A DNA stretch of 64,000 nt. It comes from Planctomycetia bacterium (GTDB lineage: Bacteria > Planctomycetota > Planctomycetia > Pirellulales > JALHLM01). The notes beneath the pieces were generated by a model that did not search any database, was not told where the DNA came from, and worked only from the letters and a program-made list of their open reading frames with translations. The first letter of the stretch is position 1; every line of letters starts with the position of its first letter. Below are positions 1 through 9,114 of the stretch, piece after piece. The stretch lies in contig JAWXBP010000256.1 in the NCBI GenBank assembly GCA_034440135.1, forward strand, positions 10,579-74,578. The letters are read 5' to 3'. A program made the translations under genes and the position numbers.

Positions 1-1942
1 ATTCCAGGATCTTCGCCGGCAACGGATGTTGTGCCGCTAGTTCTTCCAAAACTTCCGCGTCGGTACTGGGGCCCGTCTTAGTTTTTTTCAAGACCGGCAG
101 CCCTTGCTCTACGAACAGCACTTGCTGCAATTGCTTGGGCGAGGCGATGTTGAACTCATGCCCCGCGAGCTCGTAAACTTCCCGCTCTAACTCCACGATC
201 CGCACGCCATACTTTTCGCTGAGTCCTTGCAGATGGGCGACATCGACCTTGATGCCGTTCGATTCCAGTTCCGCCAACACCTCAATCAATGGCACTTCGA
301 GCGTGTCGAATAGTTCCATCAAGTTCGCATCCAGAAGCTGCTGCTCCAAGATCGGCCACAAGCGCAACGGCACGTCGGCGTCTTCCGCCGCGTATTGCCC
401 GACGGCCGCGACCGGCGCTTCGTCCATCCGTTTTTGATTCTTGCCCGAGCCGATCAACTCCGTGATCTTGATATTCGTGTGATGGAGATAGCGCTCGGCG
501 AGTTCGTCGAGGTTGTGAATGCGTTCGCCGGCGTCGAGTAAGTAACTCGCCACCATCGTATCTGCGGCCACGCCGCGCAGCTCCGCGCCGGCGGTGCGCA
601 GCGCGACGATGTCGTACTTGAGATTCTGCCCCAGCTTCTTGATCGCGTCGTTTTCCAACACCGGTCGCAAGGTTTCGAGCGCGACGCTCGGCTCGATCAC
701 GCGGTCACCCGCCGGCCCGCGCACCGGCACGTAGAAGGCCTTGCCTGGCTCCCAGGCGAATGAAAAGCCCACGAGGTCCGCGTGCGCCGGATTGACGTGC
801 GTCGTTTCGGTGTCGAACGACAGCAGCGTCTGCTGCGACATCGCGGCGACGAGTTCCTGCAACGCTGGCAGCGTATCGACGACCTGGTACTGAGTATTCC
901 AGTCAGAACTCTGCGGCACGGCCGGTGCATCCGCCACGTCGAGGGGAACTTCCTGGCCCAACTTGGTGGCCAAGGCTTTCACCTGCTCGCCGAAGCGATG
1001 AAAGCCGAACTCGCCGAATAACTTCAACAAGTTTGCCGGCATGAATCCGCCGGCACGTCCGGCGTCCCAGTCGATGTCGAGCGGCATATGTTGATCGAGC
1101 CGTGCGAGTTGCTGGCTGAGAAACGCCTGGTCGCGATGGTCGGCTAGTGTTTGCTTGCGTTTCGCCGCGGTGATTTCCTCCAAATGCTCGTAGACGCCTT
1201 CCAACGTGTTGTATTTGTTGAGCAGTTCGCACGCCGCCTTGGGGCCGATCTGCGGAACGCCGGGCACGTTGTCGACCGAGTCGCCGACCATGGCCTGAAA
1301 GTCGACGACCTGATCCGGCCGCACGCCCCAATCGGCCTGCAACTCCGCCTCGCCGTACACCTGATCCTTGCGCACGTTGAGCACCTTCACGCGCTCGGTG
1401 ATCAATTGCCGGCAATCCTTGTCGCCGGTCACGAGATAGCCCTCCCAACCGCGCTCATCGGTCAGTCGGGCGAGCGTCGCCAGAATGTCGTCCGCCTCGA
1501 AGCCGGGCGATTCCAGAATCGGAATGTGCAGCGCCTCGACGACGCGGCGAATCTTCGGAAACTGCGGCACCAACTCATCCGGCATCTCGCTGCGCTGCCC
1601 CTTGTACTGCTCATACATCAAATGCCGAAACGTCGGCCCCGACATATCAAACGCGCAAAACAAATACGTCGGCTGCTTCTTTTCGAGCAAGAACAACAGA
1701 TCGCGCGTAAACCCATATACGGCATTGACCGGCTCCCCGGCGGGGCTGGTCATCTCCGGAATGGCATGAAACACCTGAAAGATCAGGCTATTGGCGTCAA
1801 TGACGTAGACGGAGGGAGTGGTCAGGGGGACTTCCGCGATCACGACTGGTGCGGCGACCGTCGTCGTGATCGTGACGCGCTCCGCAGGTGCCGCGTCGTC
1901 GGGGGCATCGAACAGGGAACCTTGGCGATTGCTCTTCGACAT
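1..1942 (-). CDS. polA: DNA polymerase I, N-terminal ~647 codons (gene runs past the window start)
   Basis: Reverse-strand ATG at 1942-1940. Translation reads MSKSNRQGSLFDAP...VYVIDANSLIFQVFHAIPEMTSPAGEPVNAVYGFTRDLL (5'-3' exonuclease), ...LLSFDTETT... (3'-5' exo-like) and ...LPVLKKTKTGPSTDAEVLEELAAQHPLPAKILE (start of polymerase domain). The frame stays open to base 1, which is why it is missing from the ORF track. Confidence 0.9.
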   Translation of the reverse strand, partial: MSKSNRQGSLFDAPDDAAPAERVTITTTVAAPVVIAEVPLTTPSVYVIDANSLIFQVFHAIPEMTSPAGEPVNAVYGFTRDLLFLLEKKQPTYLFCAFDMSGPTFRHLMYEQYKGQRSEMPDELVPQFPKIRRVVEALHIPILESPGFEADDILATLARLTDERGWEGYLVTGDKDCRQLITERVKVLNVRKDQVYGEAELQADWGVRPDQVVDFQAMVGDSVDNVPGVPQIGPKAACELLNKYNTLEGVYEHLEEITAAKRKQTLADHRDQAFLSQQLARLDQHMPLDIDWDAGRAGGFMPANLLKLFGEFGFHRFGEQVKALATKLGQEVPLDVADAPAVPQSSDWNTQYQVVDTLPALQELVAAMSQQTLLSFDTETTHVNPAHADLVGFSFAWEPGKAFYVPVRGPAGDRVIEPSVALETLRPVLENDAIKKLGQNLKYDIVALRTAGAELRGVAADTMVASYLLDAGERIHNLDELAERYLHHTNIKITELIGSGKNQKRMDEAPVAAVGQYAAEDADVPLRLWPILEQQLLDANLMELFDTLEVPLIEVLAELESNGIKVDVAHLQGLSEKYGVRIVELEREVYELAGHEFNIASPKQLQQVLFVEQGLPVLKKTKTGPSTDAEVLEELAAQHPLPAKILE

Positions 1943-2080
1943 AGAATCCGATCCGCGGTGCGACAGGCAGTAAGGCAAGGGTGAATGCCCACCATCATTG
2001 CCTGCCACCAGCAACCTGCCAATGCACCGCCTTCTGTAGCCGAGGTCTGTGACCTAGGGGGCGCTGGTCGTGGCGATCTG

Positions 2081-2190
2081 GAACCACGAAAGGCACGAAA
2101 AACACGAACAGGAGCTCGGTACAAGAGAAACGCGCGTTGTCAGTCAACCACCGCGCCAGAACCGTTCGTGTCTTTCCGGCTTTTCGTGGT
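2081..2190. repeat. Family D (CACGAAA-periodic) palindromic element, copy D1
   Basis: AACCACGAAAGGCACGAAAAACACGAACAGG ... CCGTTCGTGTCTTTCCGGCTTTTCGTGGTT. Confidence 0.8.
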
Positions 2191-2287
2191 TAAAGAATCT
2201 GCATTGGATCGGCGCATTCGAAGGTGCAACGTCCTCTCCGGCCGGCCTCACAGAGACCGGCTTCAGAAGAGGAACTTCGGACGCTTT

Positions 2288-2836
2288 TTACGTTGGCGAG
2301 GCCGCCGGTTTGGGACGGGAGCAGACGTCCGAGCCCGTAATCCCCACGCGCATCATGGCCAGCAGGCCGCGTAGTTCGCCAAGTTGCTCCGCCGACATTT
2401 CCGCAGTCGCCCGCGCGCGAATTCTCTGCGCGCAGGCCACCATTTGTTCCCAGACCGGGCGAACTTGTTCCGTGGGGCGGATCAGGTTTTTGCGGCGGTC
2501 GGTGTCGCTTTGCACGCGGTGAATCCAGCCGTCGCGTTCCATGCGGTCGAGCACGCCGACCAGCGTCGGGGCCTCGATGCCCATGCGATCGGCCAGTTCC
2601 GTTTGGGAGACGTCTCCCTCGTGCGAGAGCCAGACCAGCACTTCCCATTGGCGAAACGTAATCCCGCAGGCGGCGAGCTCGGTGTTCATTGCCCGGGCCA
2701 TCTCATGCGCCGTGGCGAACACCCAGTACGCAACGCTATTCTCGAAATCGTATTGCAGCACGCCGTTCCACCTCCCCTTGGTAAATGCCCCGCGGCCGTG
2801 CGGACGCATTCTAAGGCTGGCGGCGCGCCATCGCAA
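2288..2836 (-). CDS. MarR family transcriptional regulator
   Basis: Winged-HTH signature ITFRQWEVLVWLSHEGDVSQTELADRMGIEAPTLVGVLDRMERDGWIHRVQSDTDRRKNLIRPTEQ. The start is uncertain; an alternative Met lies at 2809. Confidence 0.8.
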   Translation of the reverse strand: MRWRAASLRMRPHGRGAFTKGRWNGVLQYDFENSVAYWVFATAHEMARAMNTELAACGITFRQWEVLVWLSHEGDVSQTELADRMGIEAPTLVGVLDRMERDGWIHRVQSDTDRRKNLIRPTEQVRPVWEQMVACAQRIRARATAEMSAEQLGELRGLLAMMRVGITGSDVCSRPKPAASPT

Positions 2837-2870
2837 GAAAATGAGCGGCGCGATTTCGCGCGACAGCGCT

Positions 2871-2935
2871 AAGCCCAGGGGAGGCTAGCAACGACTTGGA
2901 AGGTTGCGTGGACTATGGCGGCCTGCCCTGGGGTT
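2871..2935. repeat. Family C palindromic element, degenerate copy C1a
   Basis: AAGCCCAGGGGAGGC ... GCCTGCCCTGGGGTT. Confidence 0.6.
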
Positions 2936-2956
2936 CGGCAGCGCCGTGGCGCGCGA

Positions 2957-3018
2957 CCCAGGGGAGGCCTCCCGAGACGGTTCTGTTTTCGATGTCTTTG
3001 AGGGCCTCCCCTGGGCTT
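2957..3018. repeat. Family C palindromic element, copy C1b
   Basis: CCCAGGGGAGGCCTC ... GAGGGCCTCCCCTGGGCTT, flanked by GCGCGA / CGCGC. Confidence 0.8.
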
Positions 3019-3075
3019 ATTGCTTCCCGCGCGTGGCAGCTATAATGCGAACGTGCATTAACGGCGAGTACATCC

Positions 3076-3360
3076 ATGGATCATGAATCCGAAGGCGGTC
3101 AGTTCACCACGCGCGGGATCTTCGCGTTGGTGACGGGCTGCGCGGTGGTGGCCGCGATCTTGCGGTTTACAACTACGTCAGTCTCGTCGTTCGTCGCCGG
3201 CTTCGCCGTGGGGCTAATGTTCGCCGTGATCTTTGTCGTCGCCGGCACGGCCTACGACGCCGTCGAACGCCGCGCCCACGTGCGCTGGGCCCGCGCGCGG
3301 GAAAACGAACCGCTCGATGGAAAAGCTCTCGGCGCCGACGCCGCGGCGCACTCGGCATGA
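3076..3360 (+). CDS. small two-TM membrane protein, hypothetical
   Basis: 94 aa with two hydrophobic helices (IFALVTGCAVVAAIL, FVAGFAVGLMFAVIFVVAG). Its stop overlaps the next start (ATGA at 3357), suggesting translational coupling to the hydrolase. Confidence 0.5.
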   Translation: MDHESEGGQFTTRGIFALVTGCAVVAAILRFTTTSVSSFVAGFAVGLMFAVIFVVAGTAYDAVERRAHVRWARARENEPLDGKALGADAAAHSA

Positions 3361-4397
3361 GCGGCAATGGAACCTTCCCTCGGTTTCGTCCGCATCCGCT
3401 CGCGCCGGGCGGCGATTTGCAAACCATCGCCGCCGTCTATTTGCCGCAAGGCGGGCACGTGTATCGGGCGAAGCAGCATCGCCTGACGCTCGAGGACGGC
3501 GATCAACTCGTGTTGCACGATGATTGTCCGCCTCATTGGAGCGCCGGCGATCGCGCTGCGCTGTTGATGCACGGTCTCGCCGGCTGCTATCAAAGCGGTT
3601 ACATGGTTCGCATCGCGGCGAAGCTCACGGTGCGCGGCGTGCGCGTCTTTCGTTTAGATTTGCGCGGTTGCGGCGCCGGCTTCGGACTCGCCCGTTGGCC
3701 GTATCACAGCGGGCGGACTGAAGACGCGGTGGCCGCACTTCAGTTCATTGAGCAATTTTGTCCCGGCTCGCCCGTGTCGATGATCGGCTTTTCGTTGTCC
3801 GGCAATATCGCGCTCAAACTCTGCGGCGAACTCGGCGAAGTGTCCTGTGCAGGTTTGAGCGATTGCCTGGCGATTTGCCCGCCGATTGATTTGCGCGCCT
3901 GCTCGGCGCGGCTCGGGGCGCGGCGCAATCGGCTGTACGACCGCCATTTCGTGCGCATGTTGCTCCGGCAACTGCACGAAAAGCACCGCCAGATTGCCGA
4001 CGCGCCCGGCGCGGATTATGCGCATCGCCCACGCACGCTGTTCGAGTTTGACGACACGTTCACCGCGCCAATCTGCGGGTTCGGCGACGCCGAGAACTAT
4101 TACCACACGGCGAGCTCTGCGCTGGGCTTGAAAAACATCCGACTGCCAACGCGCATCATTGCTGCGGCCGACGACCCGATGATTCCGAGTGAAGTCTTTC
4201 GCACCACCGCCGCGTCTTCCAGCGTCGACATCCGCATCGCGGAAGGCGGCGGCCACCTCGGCTTCCTCGCCCGCCGCGGCGACGATCCGGACACGCGATG
4301 GATCGACTGGCGCGTCGTCGATTGGATCAACGAAGTGACAACCCTCACACCAACCCGAAGGGCCAGCGATGGGGAGAGGACGCCGTCTACCGTTTGA
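3357..4397 (+). CDS. alpha/beta-fold hydrolase (YheT/ABHD-like)
   Basis: LLMHGLAGCYQSGYM...VRVFRLDLRGCG, nucleophile elbow GFSLSGN, and C-terminal GGHLGF, typical of the YheT-type predicted hydrolase family. Confidence 0.7.
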   Translation: MSGNGTFPRFRPHPLAPGGDLQTIAAVYLPQGGHVYRAKQHRLTLEDGDQLVLHDDCPPHWSAGDRAALLMHGLAGCYQSGYMVRIAAKLTVRGVRVFRLDLRGCGAGFGLARWPYHSGRTEDAVAALQFIEQFCPGSPVSMIGFSLSGNIALKLCGELGEVSCAGLSDCLAICPPIDLRACSARLGARRNRLYDRHFVRMLLRQLHEKHRQIADAPGADYAHRPRTLFEFDDTFTAPICGFGDAENYYHTASSALGLKNIRLPTRIIAAADDPMIPSEVFRTTAASSSVDIRIAEGGGHLGFLARRGDDPDTRWIDWRVVDWINEVTTLTPTRRASDGERTPSTV

Positions 4398-4518
4398 CCG
4401 CGCGCTGAAACGAAGCGAGCCGCGGAGAAAACCCCCGCGGCTCGAACTTTGTGTCGCTGCATTGTGGTGGCGGACTACTGCTCTCTCAAAGCCAACAGTT
4501 CAGGTCATCAATACGCCT

Positions 4519-4600
4519 GGGTGGCTGGGGTCGAATGTACTCATTCGCCCCCAGGACTAGCGGGCTGGGGGCGAGCGAGTACGCTCGACCCCAGCCACCC
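4519..4600. repeat. Palindromic element G1
   Basis: GGGTGGCTGGGGTCGAATGTACTCATTCGCCCCCAG ... CTGGGGGCGAGCGAGTACGCTCGACCCCAGCCACCC (36-nt arms with a few mismatches), in a convergent gap. Confidence 0.85.
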
Positions 4601-4640
4601 TCGCTTTCAAGCAGCCCGAAAATCAGGCTTTGACATTGCA

Positions 4641-6581
4641 CTACTCTCTTGGCGGTTCCGGCAAGGTTCTCGCGGGCCGTGCGCTGGCTGGATCCACCGG
4701 CCGTAGTTTTTCTTCCGCAGACGCGGCAAACGGATCCATCTCGGGATGCTTGACCGAACCGCCTTTCTGAGTGGCTTGAACGGGATGTCCCGGCGCGTAT
4801 CTTGTCGCCGGTTCTTCCGCGGTCGGCAGCGCCAAGTCATCGAAGCCGGGCTTGGTCGTCGGCCCATAGAACTCGACGTTCATCGTGCGCGTCGACGCCG
4901 TGGCGAGCGGATTCGCCTTGCCACGCGTCCGCAGCAGTCCGATGAAATGGCCGACGATTTTTTGCGTCTCTTCGTCCGCGGTGACGATGAGGCGAGATAC
5001 CGTCTGCGGCCCTTCATTCGGCGAAGGTGACGGCGTTTGCGTCACTTGTACATTGGCTTGCACCACGTCACCTAACGTTCCGTTCAAGAATTGCGAGAAC
5101 GGTTCGGCGAGCTCGGCCGGCAGGCGATACGTGGCCCGCGTCAAATGCACAACTTCTTCCGCCGCTGTTTCGGCAGCGTCGCTGGCCGTCCAGTAGTAGT
5201 TGGCTGTGGCGCTGGGCACACCCGTTGGTACGGGCATCGCCGCGGGCGGCCGGTAACCGGCATGCGGGTCCAGCGGTGGCGCCGGCACCGCAAACGGATC
5301 GGTGGGCGCGTTAACCGCCGGTTCAGGCTGTGGCGGCAAAAGAGCTGCAGCGGCGCTCGGCGCACGAGGCGGTTCGCCAGGGATCGACGGCGCCGGCAAT
5401 GCTGCCGGCGCGCCGGTGGCTGGCAGTCCAGGGACCGCCGGCTCCGCGGTGACGATCGGAGGGTTGGACGGCGCCGGCGGCGAGTTCTGTGCTGGAGTAA
5501 ATCCCGGCAACACCACCAACGCCAACAGTCCCACGCCGGTTACCGCGCCCAGCGACAATCGCGACGCGATCTTCTCTCGCATGATCATGGTTAGTCTCCG
5601 TTCGAAGGCTCTTCTCGTTTGCGAACCGATGCCCAACGCGGGCCCCGGCGTGATTCCCTTGGCTAACAATTCACACACTTCCACCAACGCTTGGGCATAC
5701 GCCTTGCGCGCGGCCGGCAACAATTGCGTCACCCGCGCATCGCAGGCTTGCTCCGCCGCGTCGTGCAACATGGCGCGGACGTACCAGAACAGCGGATGCC
5801 ACCACCAGAACACGGTCGCCGCCAGCTCGAACCGCGCGACCCAATGATCGCGCCGCGCCAAGTGCGCGAGCTCATGGGCGATGATCGTGCGGCGCGATTC
5901 CGCCGAAAACCCGGCCAACATGGCTTCCGGCCAGAGCAGTTGCACGCGTCCCAGCACCCACACCAGCGGCGTGCAACGCACGCCCAGCACGCAGACGTCC
6001 GGCGCGCTGATGCGAAATTCCTGCGCTACCGCGGCGACTTCGTCTACCAGCCAATCCGGCGCAAAGTTCGTCGTGGCGAGCAACGCTTGGAACCGCCGCC
6101 AGCGATAAAACTGATAGACCGCCATTCCGGCAATGGCCGCCAGCCAAGTTCGCCACAGGAATCGATTCCAATCGTTCCACGTCAGCAATTCAGTCCACGC
6201 AACCGGAGCATAGGCTGCATGATTATGGGCGTGTTCCGGCGGCAGAACCTGCGTGACGCCGTTCAAGACAACGAACGACTCGGGCGCACCTGGCAAGGGC
6301 AGTCCTTCGTGGACGGTCGTGTTATCAGGATGCGACGAAGGTCGCCAAGTGATTTCATCCGAAGAAGTTAGGTCGGGTGCCATCGACGACCAGATCGCGT
6401 TCCAACCGCTGGGCGAGGCAAAGCTCCACACAGGCAAGGGTGGCGCGACAAGCTTGGCCAGCACGACCAGCCACAAAGCATGTCGCAGCGCCGGCTGCGC
6501 CGGACGCCAATGGCAAATCAACAACGCCACGAGGGCCAGGATCGCCGCCGAAACCGTATTGTGCAGGAGCCAGTAAGCCAT
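4641..6581 (-). CDS. BlaR1-type M56 family peptidase / signal transducer
   Basis: N-terminal TM helices, the zinc motif HELAHLARRDHW, and a Pro-rich linker. It lies immediately downstream of a BlaI-family repressor on the same strand. Confidence 0.8.
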   Translation of the reverse strand: MAYWLLHNTVSAAILALVALLICHWRPAQPALRHALWLVVLAKLVAPPLPVWSFASPSGWNAIWSSMAPDLTSSDEITWRPSSHPDNTTVHEGLPLPGAPESFVVLNGVTQVLPPEHAHNHAAYAPVAWTELLTWNDWNRFLWRTWLAAIAGMAVYQFYRWRRFQALLATTNFAPDWLVDEVAAVAQEFRISAPDVCVLGVRCTPLVWVLGRVQLLWPEAMLAGFSAESRRTIIAHELAHLARRDHWVARFELAATVFWWWHPLFWYVRAMLHDAAEQACDARVTQLLPAARKAYAQALVEVCELLAKGITPGPALGIGSQTRRAFERRLTMIMREKIASRLSLGAVTGVGLLALVVLPGFTPAQNSPPAPSNPPIVTAEPAVPGLPATGAPAALPAPSIPGEPPRAPSAAAALLPPQPEPAVNAPTDPFAVPAPPLDPHAGYRPPAAMPVPTGVPSATANYYWTASDAAETAAEEVVHLTRATYRLPAELAEPFSQFLNGTLGDVVQANVQVTQTPSPSPNEGPQTVSRLIVTADEETQKIVGHFIGLLRTRGKANPLATASTRTMNVEFYGPTTKPGFDDLALPTAEEPATRYAPGHPVQATQKGGSVKHPEMDPFAASAEEKLRPVDPASARPARTLPEPPRE

Positions 6582-6659
6582 GTCGCCAGTACCGTCAAAA
6601 AGTAGGAACGCGGAACGATGAACGGCAGAGAACTCCCTGCATTCGTCATTCGAGGTTCA

Positions 6660-7052
6660 TCATTTCCCTTTCCCCTTTTCCAACTCGTCAATCAGATCGC
6701 GGAATTGCTTCAACTCGGATTTCGAGAATCGCTTGCCTTGCACGAGCGCCAACACGAGCGGCGCCGAGGCGCCTTCGCAGAGCTCGCCCGCCAGATCGTT
6801 CAAACGATCGGCCAACAAATCGTCGCGCGAGACCGTCGGCCGATACACATGCGCCACGTCGCGCTTGTCGCTGGTGACGACCCCCTTCGCGCAGAGCCGA
6901 TTGAGCAGCGTTTGCACGGTGGTGTAGGCCCACTGCCGGCCGCGCGCCCCGAGGCGATCGTTTAACTCGCGGACCGTGCCTGGCCCTTCGTCCCAGAGCG
7001 CCTTGAGCACTTCGAGCTCCGTTCCAGAAATGCTCGGCCCCTTGTCGGCCAT
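6660..7052 (-). CDS. BlaI/MecI/CopY family transcriptional repressor
   Basis: ELEVLKALWDEGPGTVRELNDRLGARGRQWAYTTVQTLLNRLCAKGVVTSDKRDVAHVYRP is a penicillinase-repressor winged helix. The gene is 130 aa and first in the blaI-blaR1-type pair. Confidence 0.85.
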   Translation of the reverse strand: MADKGPSISGTELEVLKALWDEGPGTVRELNDRLGARGRQWAYTTVQTLLNRLCAKGVVTSDKRDVAHVYRPTVSRDDLLADRLNDLAGELCEGASAPLVLALVQGKRFSKSELKQFRDLIDELEKGKGK

Positions 7053-7113
7053 ATTCGTTCCTCCGTGTCGATCCGCGTCGAAGCGATCTCCTACATCGTG
7101 TCGGAGGGCGATT

Positions 7114-7132
7114 CTACTACGCCACGTAGTAG
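7114..7132. promoter_or_regulatory. candidate BlaI operator
   Basis: Perfect dyad CTACTACG-CCA-CGTAGTAG (TACTAC-N5-GTAGTA core), about 60 nt upstream of the blaI start. Confidence 0.5.
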
Positions 7133-7190
7133 GCAGTCAAGAGTGGATTTTCGCTTCTTCAGAAACGGCCGCTCCGGCAGAAACCGGGGC

Positions 7191-7358
7191 GGCCCGCGAA
7201 ACACGCGAAACACACGAAAGTTGTTGCTTAAATGGCGTTTCTGACTGAGCTGACAGGCGAATTCATTCCGTTTCGTTGAGCGAACGCCAGTGCGCAACCT
7301 TCCTGAAGTCCTGGCTCAAAAAACGCATCCCTCCTTTTTTCGTGTGTTTCGCGGGCCC
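7191..7358. repeat. Family D-like palindromic element, copy D2 (divergent)
   Basis: GGCCCGCGAAACACGCGAAACACACGAAAG ... CTTTTTTCGTGTGTTTCGCGGGCC. Confidence 0.7.
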
Positions 7359-7546
7359 CAATCCGGCCACACGCCTAGTCTCTCGGCGGGAATTCCGCGG
7401 CTGGCAATTTGGGCTGAGTTTGCCGGTCGTGCTCAATTGTCTTGAATTGCCGGTTCAATCGGTCGAAACGATAGTCATGACCCCGTCGGCACAGCCGGCA
7501 TTTGCGGAACATTCAGACAACTTCCCGCGATAAGCACAGGTGAACC

Positions 7547-8953
7547 ATGCGATTCCTTCCGACCACAACGCTGGCGGCGTTGGGGCTGGCCTTCACGGTT
7601 CCGGCCGTAACTGCTTCCGCTGCAAATCCGGCCGATGACGGCGTCGTCATGGCTAGCGATGCTCCGGACGCCTCCTACGGCCAGGACTACGCCCAGCCGA
7701 CCGGCTATTCCACGCCGGTCCTGCCGATGGGCGCTGGCCCCGGACCGATCCACCCGTACTCCGCGGATGCGATGGATTGCTACGGCTGTCCGCCCAGTGG
7801 CAACGCCTTCGCCGAGGGCTGGCACGCGCCTCCGCAATGCAGTCGGGCGTGGGTCAACTTCGAATATCTCTATTGGCAGCCCAAGGGGATCAACGTCCCC
7901 GCGCTGGTCACCACCAGTCCGGTCCGCACGGCGCAAACGGTGGCCGGCGAATTAGGTCAACCGACCACGAGCGTGCTTTACGGCGACGGTGAAATCAACG
8001 ACGACTACCGCGCTGGCGGACGGTTGCAGGGCGGGTTCTGGCTCGCCCCGGATGAAATGGCCGGCATCGAAGGACATGTCTTCTCGTTCGACGACGAGCA
8101 ATCCGTGTTCACCGCCAACGGCTCGTTCAGCAATGGCGGCGCCGGGCCGATCCTGGCTCGACCGTTCTTCAACGTGGACAGTGCCCTGCAAGACACCTTG
8201 CTGCTGGCCTATCCGGACTTCGTCACGGGCAACCAGACCATCGACCTGGACGGCAGTGTCGACGTACGCAGCGAATCGGAGATTCAATCGGCGGGCGTCT
8301 TGTTCCGTCGGATTAGCTGGATGGACGTGCTCGATTCGAGCGGCGTGTCCTTCGTCCGCATCTACGGGTTGATTGGATACCGCTACTTCAATCTCGATGA
8401 GCAGCTCTCGATCGACAGCACAATCCGCCCCATCGGCGGCTCGTTCGGCAACAACAGCAGCGTGCGCTCCTCGGACCTGTTCGACACGGAGAATGAATTC
8501 CACGGCGGCGAATTGGGCATCGATACCCAAATCAACCGCGGTTCGTTCTTCTTGAAGATCTTAACCAAGGCCGCATTGGGCAACACGCATCAGACCGTGA
8601 ATATCGCCGGTTCGACCGTCAGCTCTGACGGCGTGAACTCGACGACTTTCGCGGGCGGTTTGCTGGCCCAGCCGACTAACATCGGCGAGATCACCAGCGA
8701 CCACTTCTCGGTGCTGCCGGAAGGCAACATCACGGTCGGCTGCCAGTTGACCCGCAACGTGGCGGTCACCGGCGGCTACAGCTTTCTGTACTTGAGCAAC
8801 GTTGTGCGACCGGGAGATCAGATCGACTTCTCGGTCAATCCGACGCAGTTCGACGGCGGCGTGTTGATCGGCGAGGCCCGACCCACGGCCTCGATCAATC
8901 ACGACGACTTTTGGATGCACGGCTTCAACGCCGGCGTCGAAGTCACCTGGTAG
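7547..8953 (+). CDS. BBP7 family outer-membrane beta-barrel protein
   Basis: Signal peptide (LAALGLAFTVPAVTASA), WVNFEYLYWQPKG motif, alternating beta-strand pattern, and a C-terminal aromatic end ...GFNAGVEVTW. Confidence 0.65.
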   Translation: MRFLPTTTLAALGLAFTVPAVTASAANPADDGVVMASDAPDASYGQDYAQPTGYSTPVLPMGAGPGPIHPYSADAMDCYGCPPSGNAFAEGWHAPPQCSRAWVNFEYLYWQPKGINVPALVTTSPVRTAQTVAGELGQPTTSVLYGDGEINDDYRAGGRLQGGFWLAPDEMAGIEGHVFSFDDEQSVFTANGSFSNGGAGPILARPFFNVDSALQDTLLLAYPDFVTGNQTIDLDGSVDVRSESEIQSAGVLFRRISWMDVLDSSGVSFVRIYGLIGYRYFNLDEQLSIDSTIRPIGGSFGNNSSVRSSDLFDTENEFHGGELGIDTQINRGSFFLKILTKAALGNTHQTVNIAGSTVSSDGVNSTTFAGGLLAQPTNIGEITSDHFSVLPEGNITVGCQLTRNVAVTGGYSFLYLSNVVRPGDQIDFSVNPTQFDGGVLIGEARPTASINHDDFWMHGFNAGVEVTW

Positions 8954-9022
8954 CTCCGCCAGCTCCAGCCTGTGCAGCCAGCCGCGGTCCTTCGCCGGAT
9001 ACCGCGGCTGGCTTCGTTTTGG

Positions 9023-9109
9023 GGGAGTTTGAAGTTTTCGATGTTCAGTTTTCAGTGAAGACCGTGTTTCAAAATACTGGAAACTGAACACTGAAAACTT
9101 CAAACTCCC
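9023..9109. repeat. Family E module 1 in head-to-head palindromic pair (E1)
   Basis: GGGAGTTTGAAGTTTTCGATGTTCAGTTTTCAGTG ... CTGGAAACTGAACACTGAAAACTTCAAACTCCC. The right arm ends 6 nt from the ribD stop. Confidence 0.9.
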
Positions 9110-9114
9110 TAAAT

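Noticed and set aside
1151-1984. 277-aa plus-strand ORF and neighbouring ORFs in 249-2124
   Set aside because: They are antisense or out of frame relative to polA, which reads cleanly on the minus strand from 1942 to the window edge.
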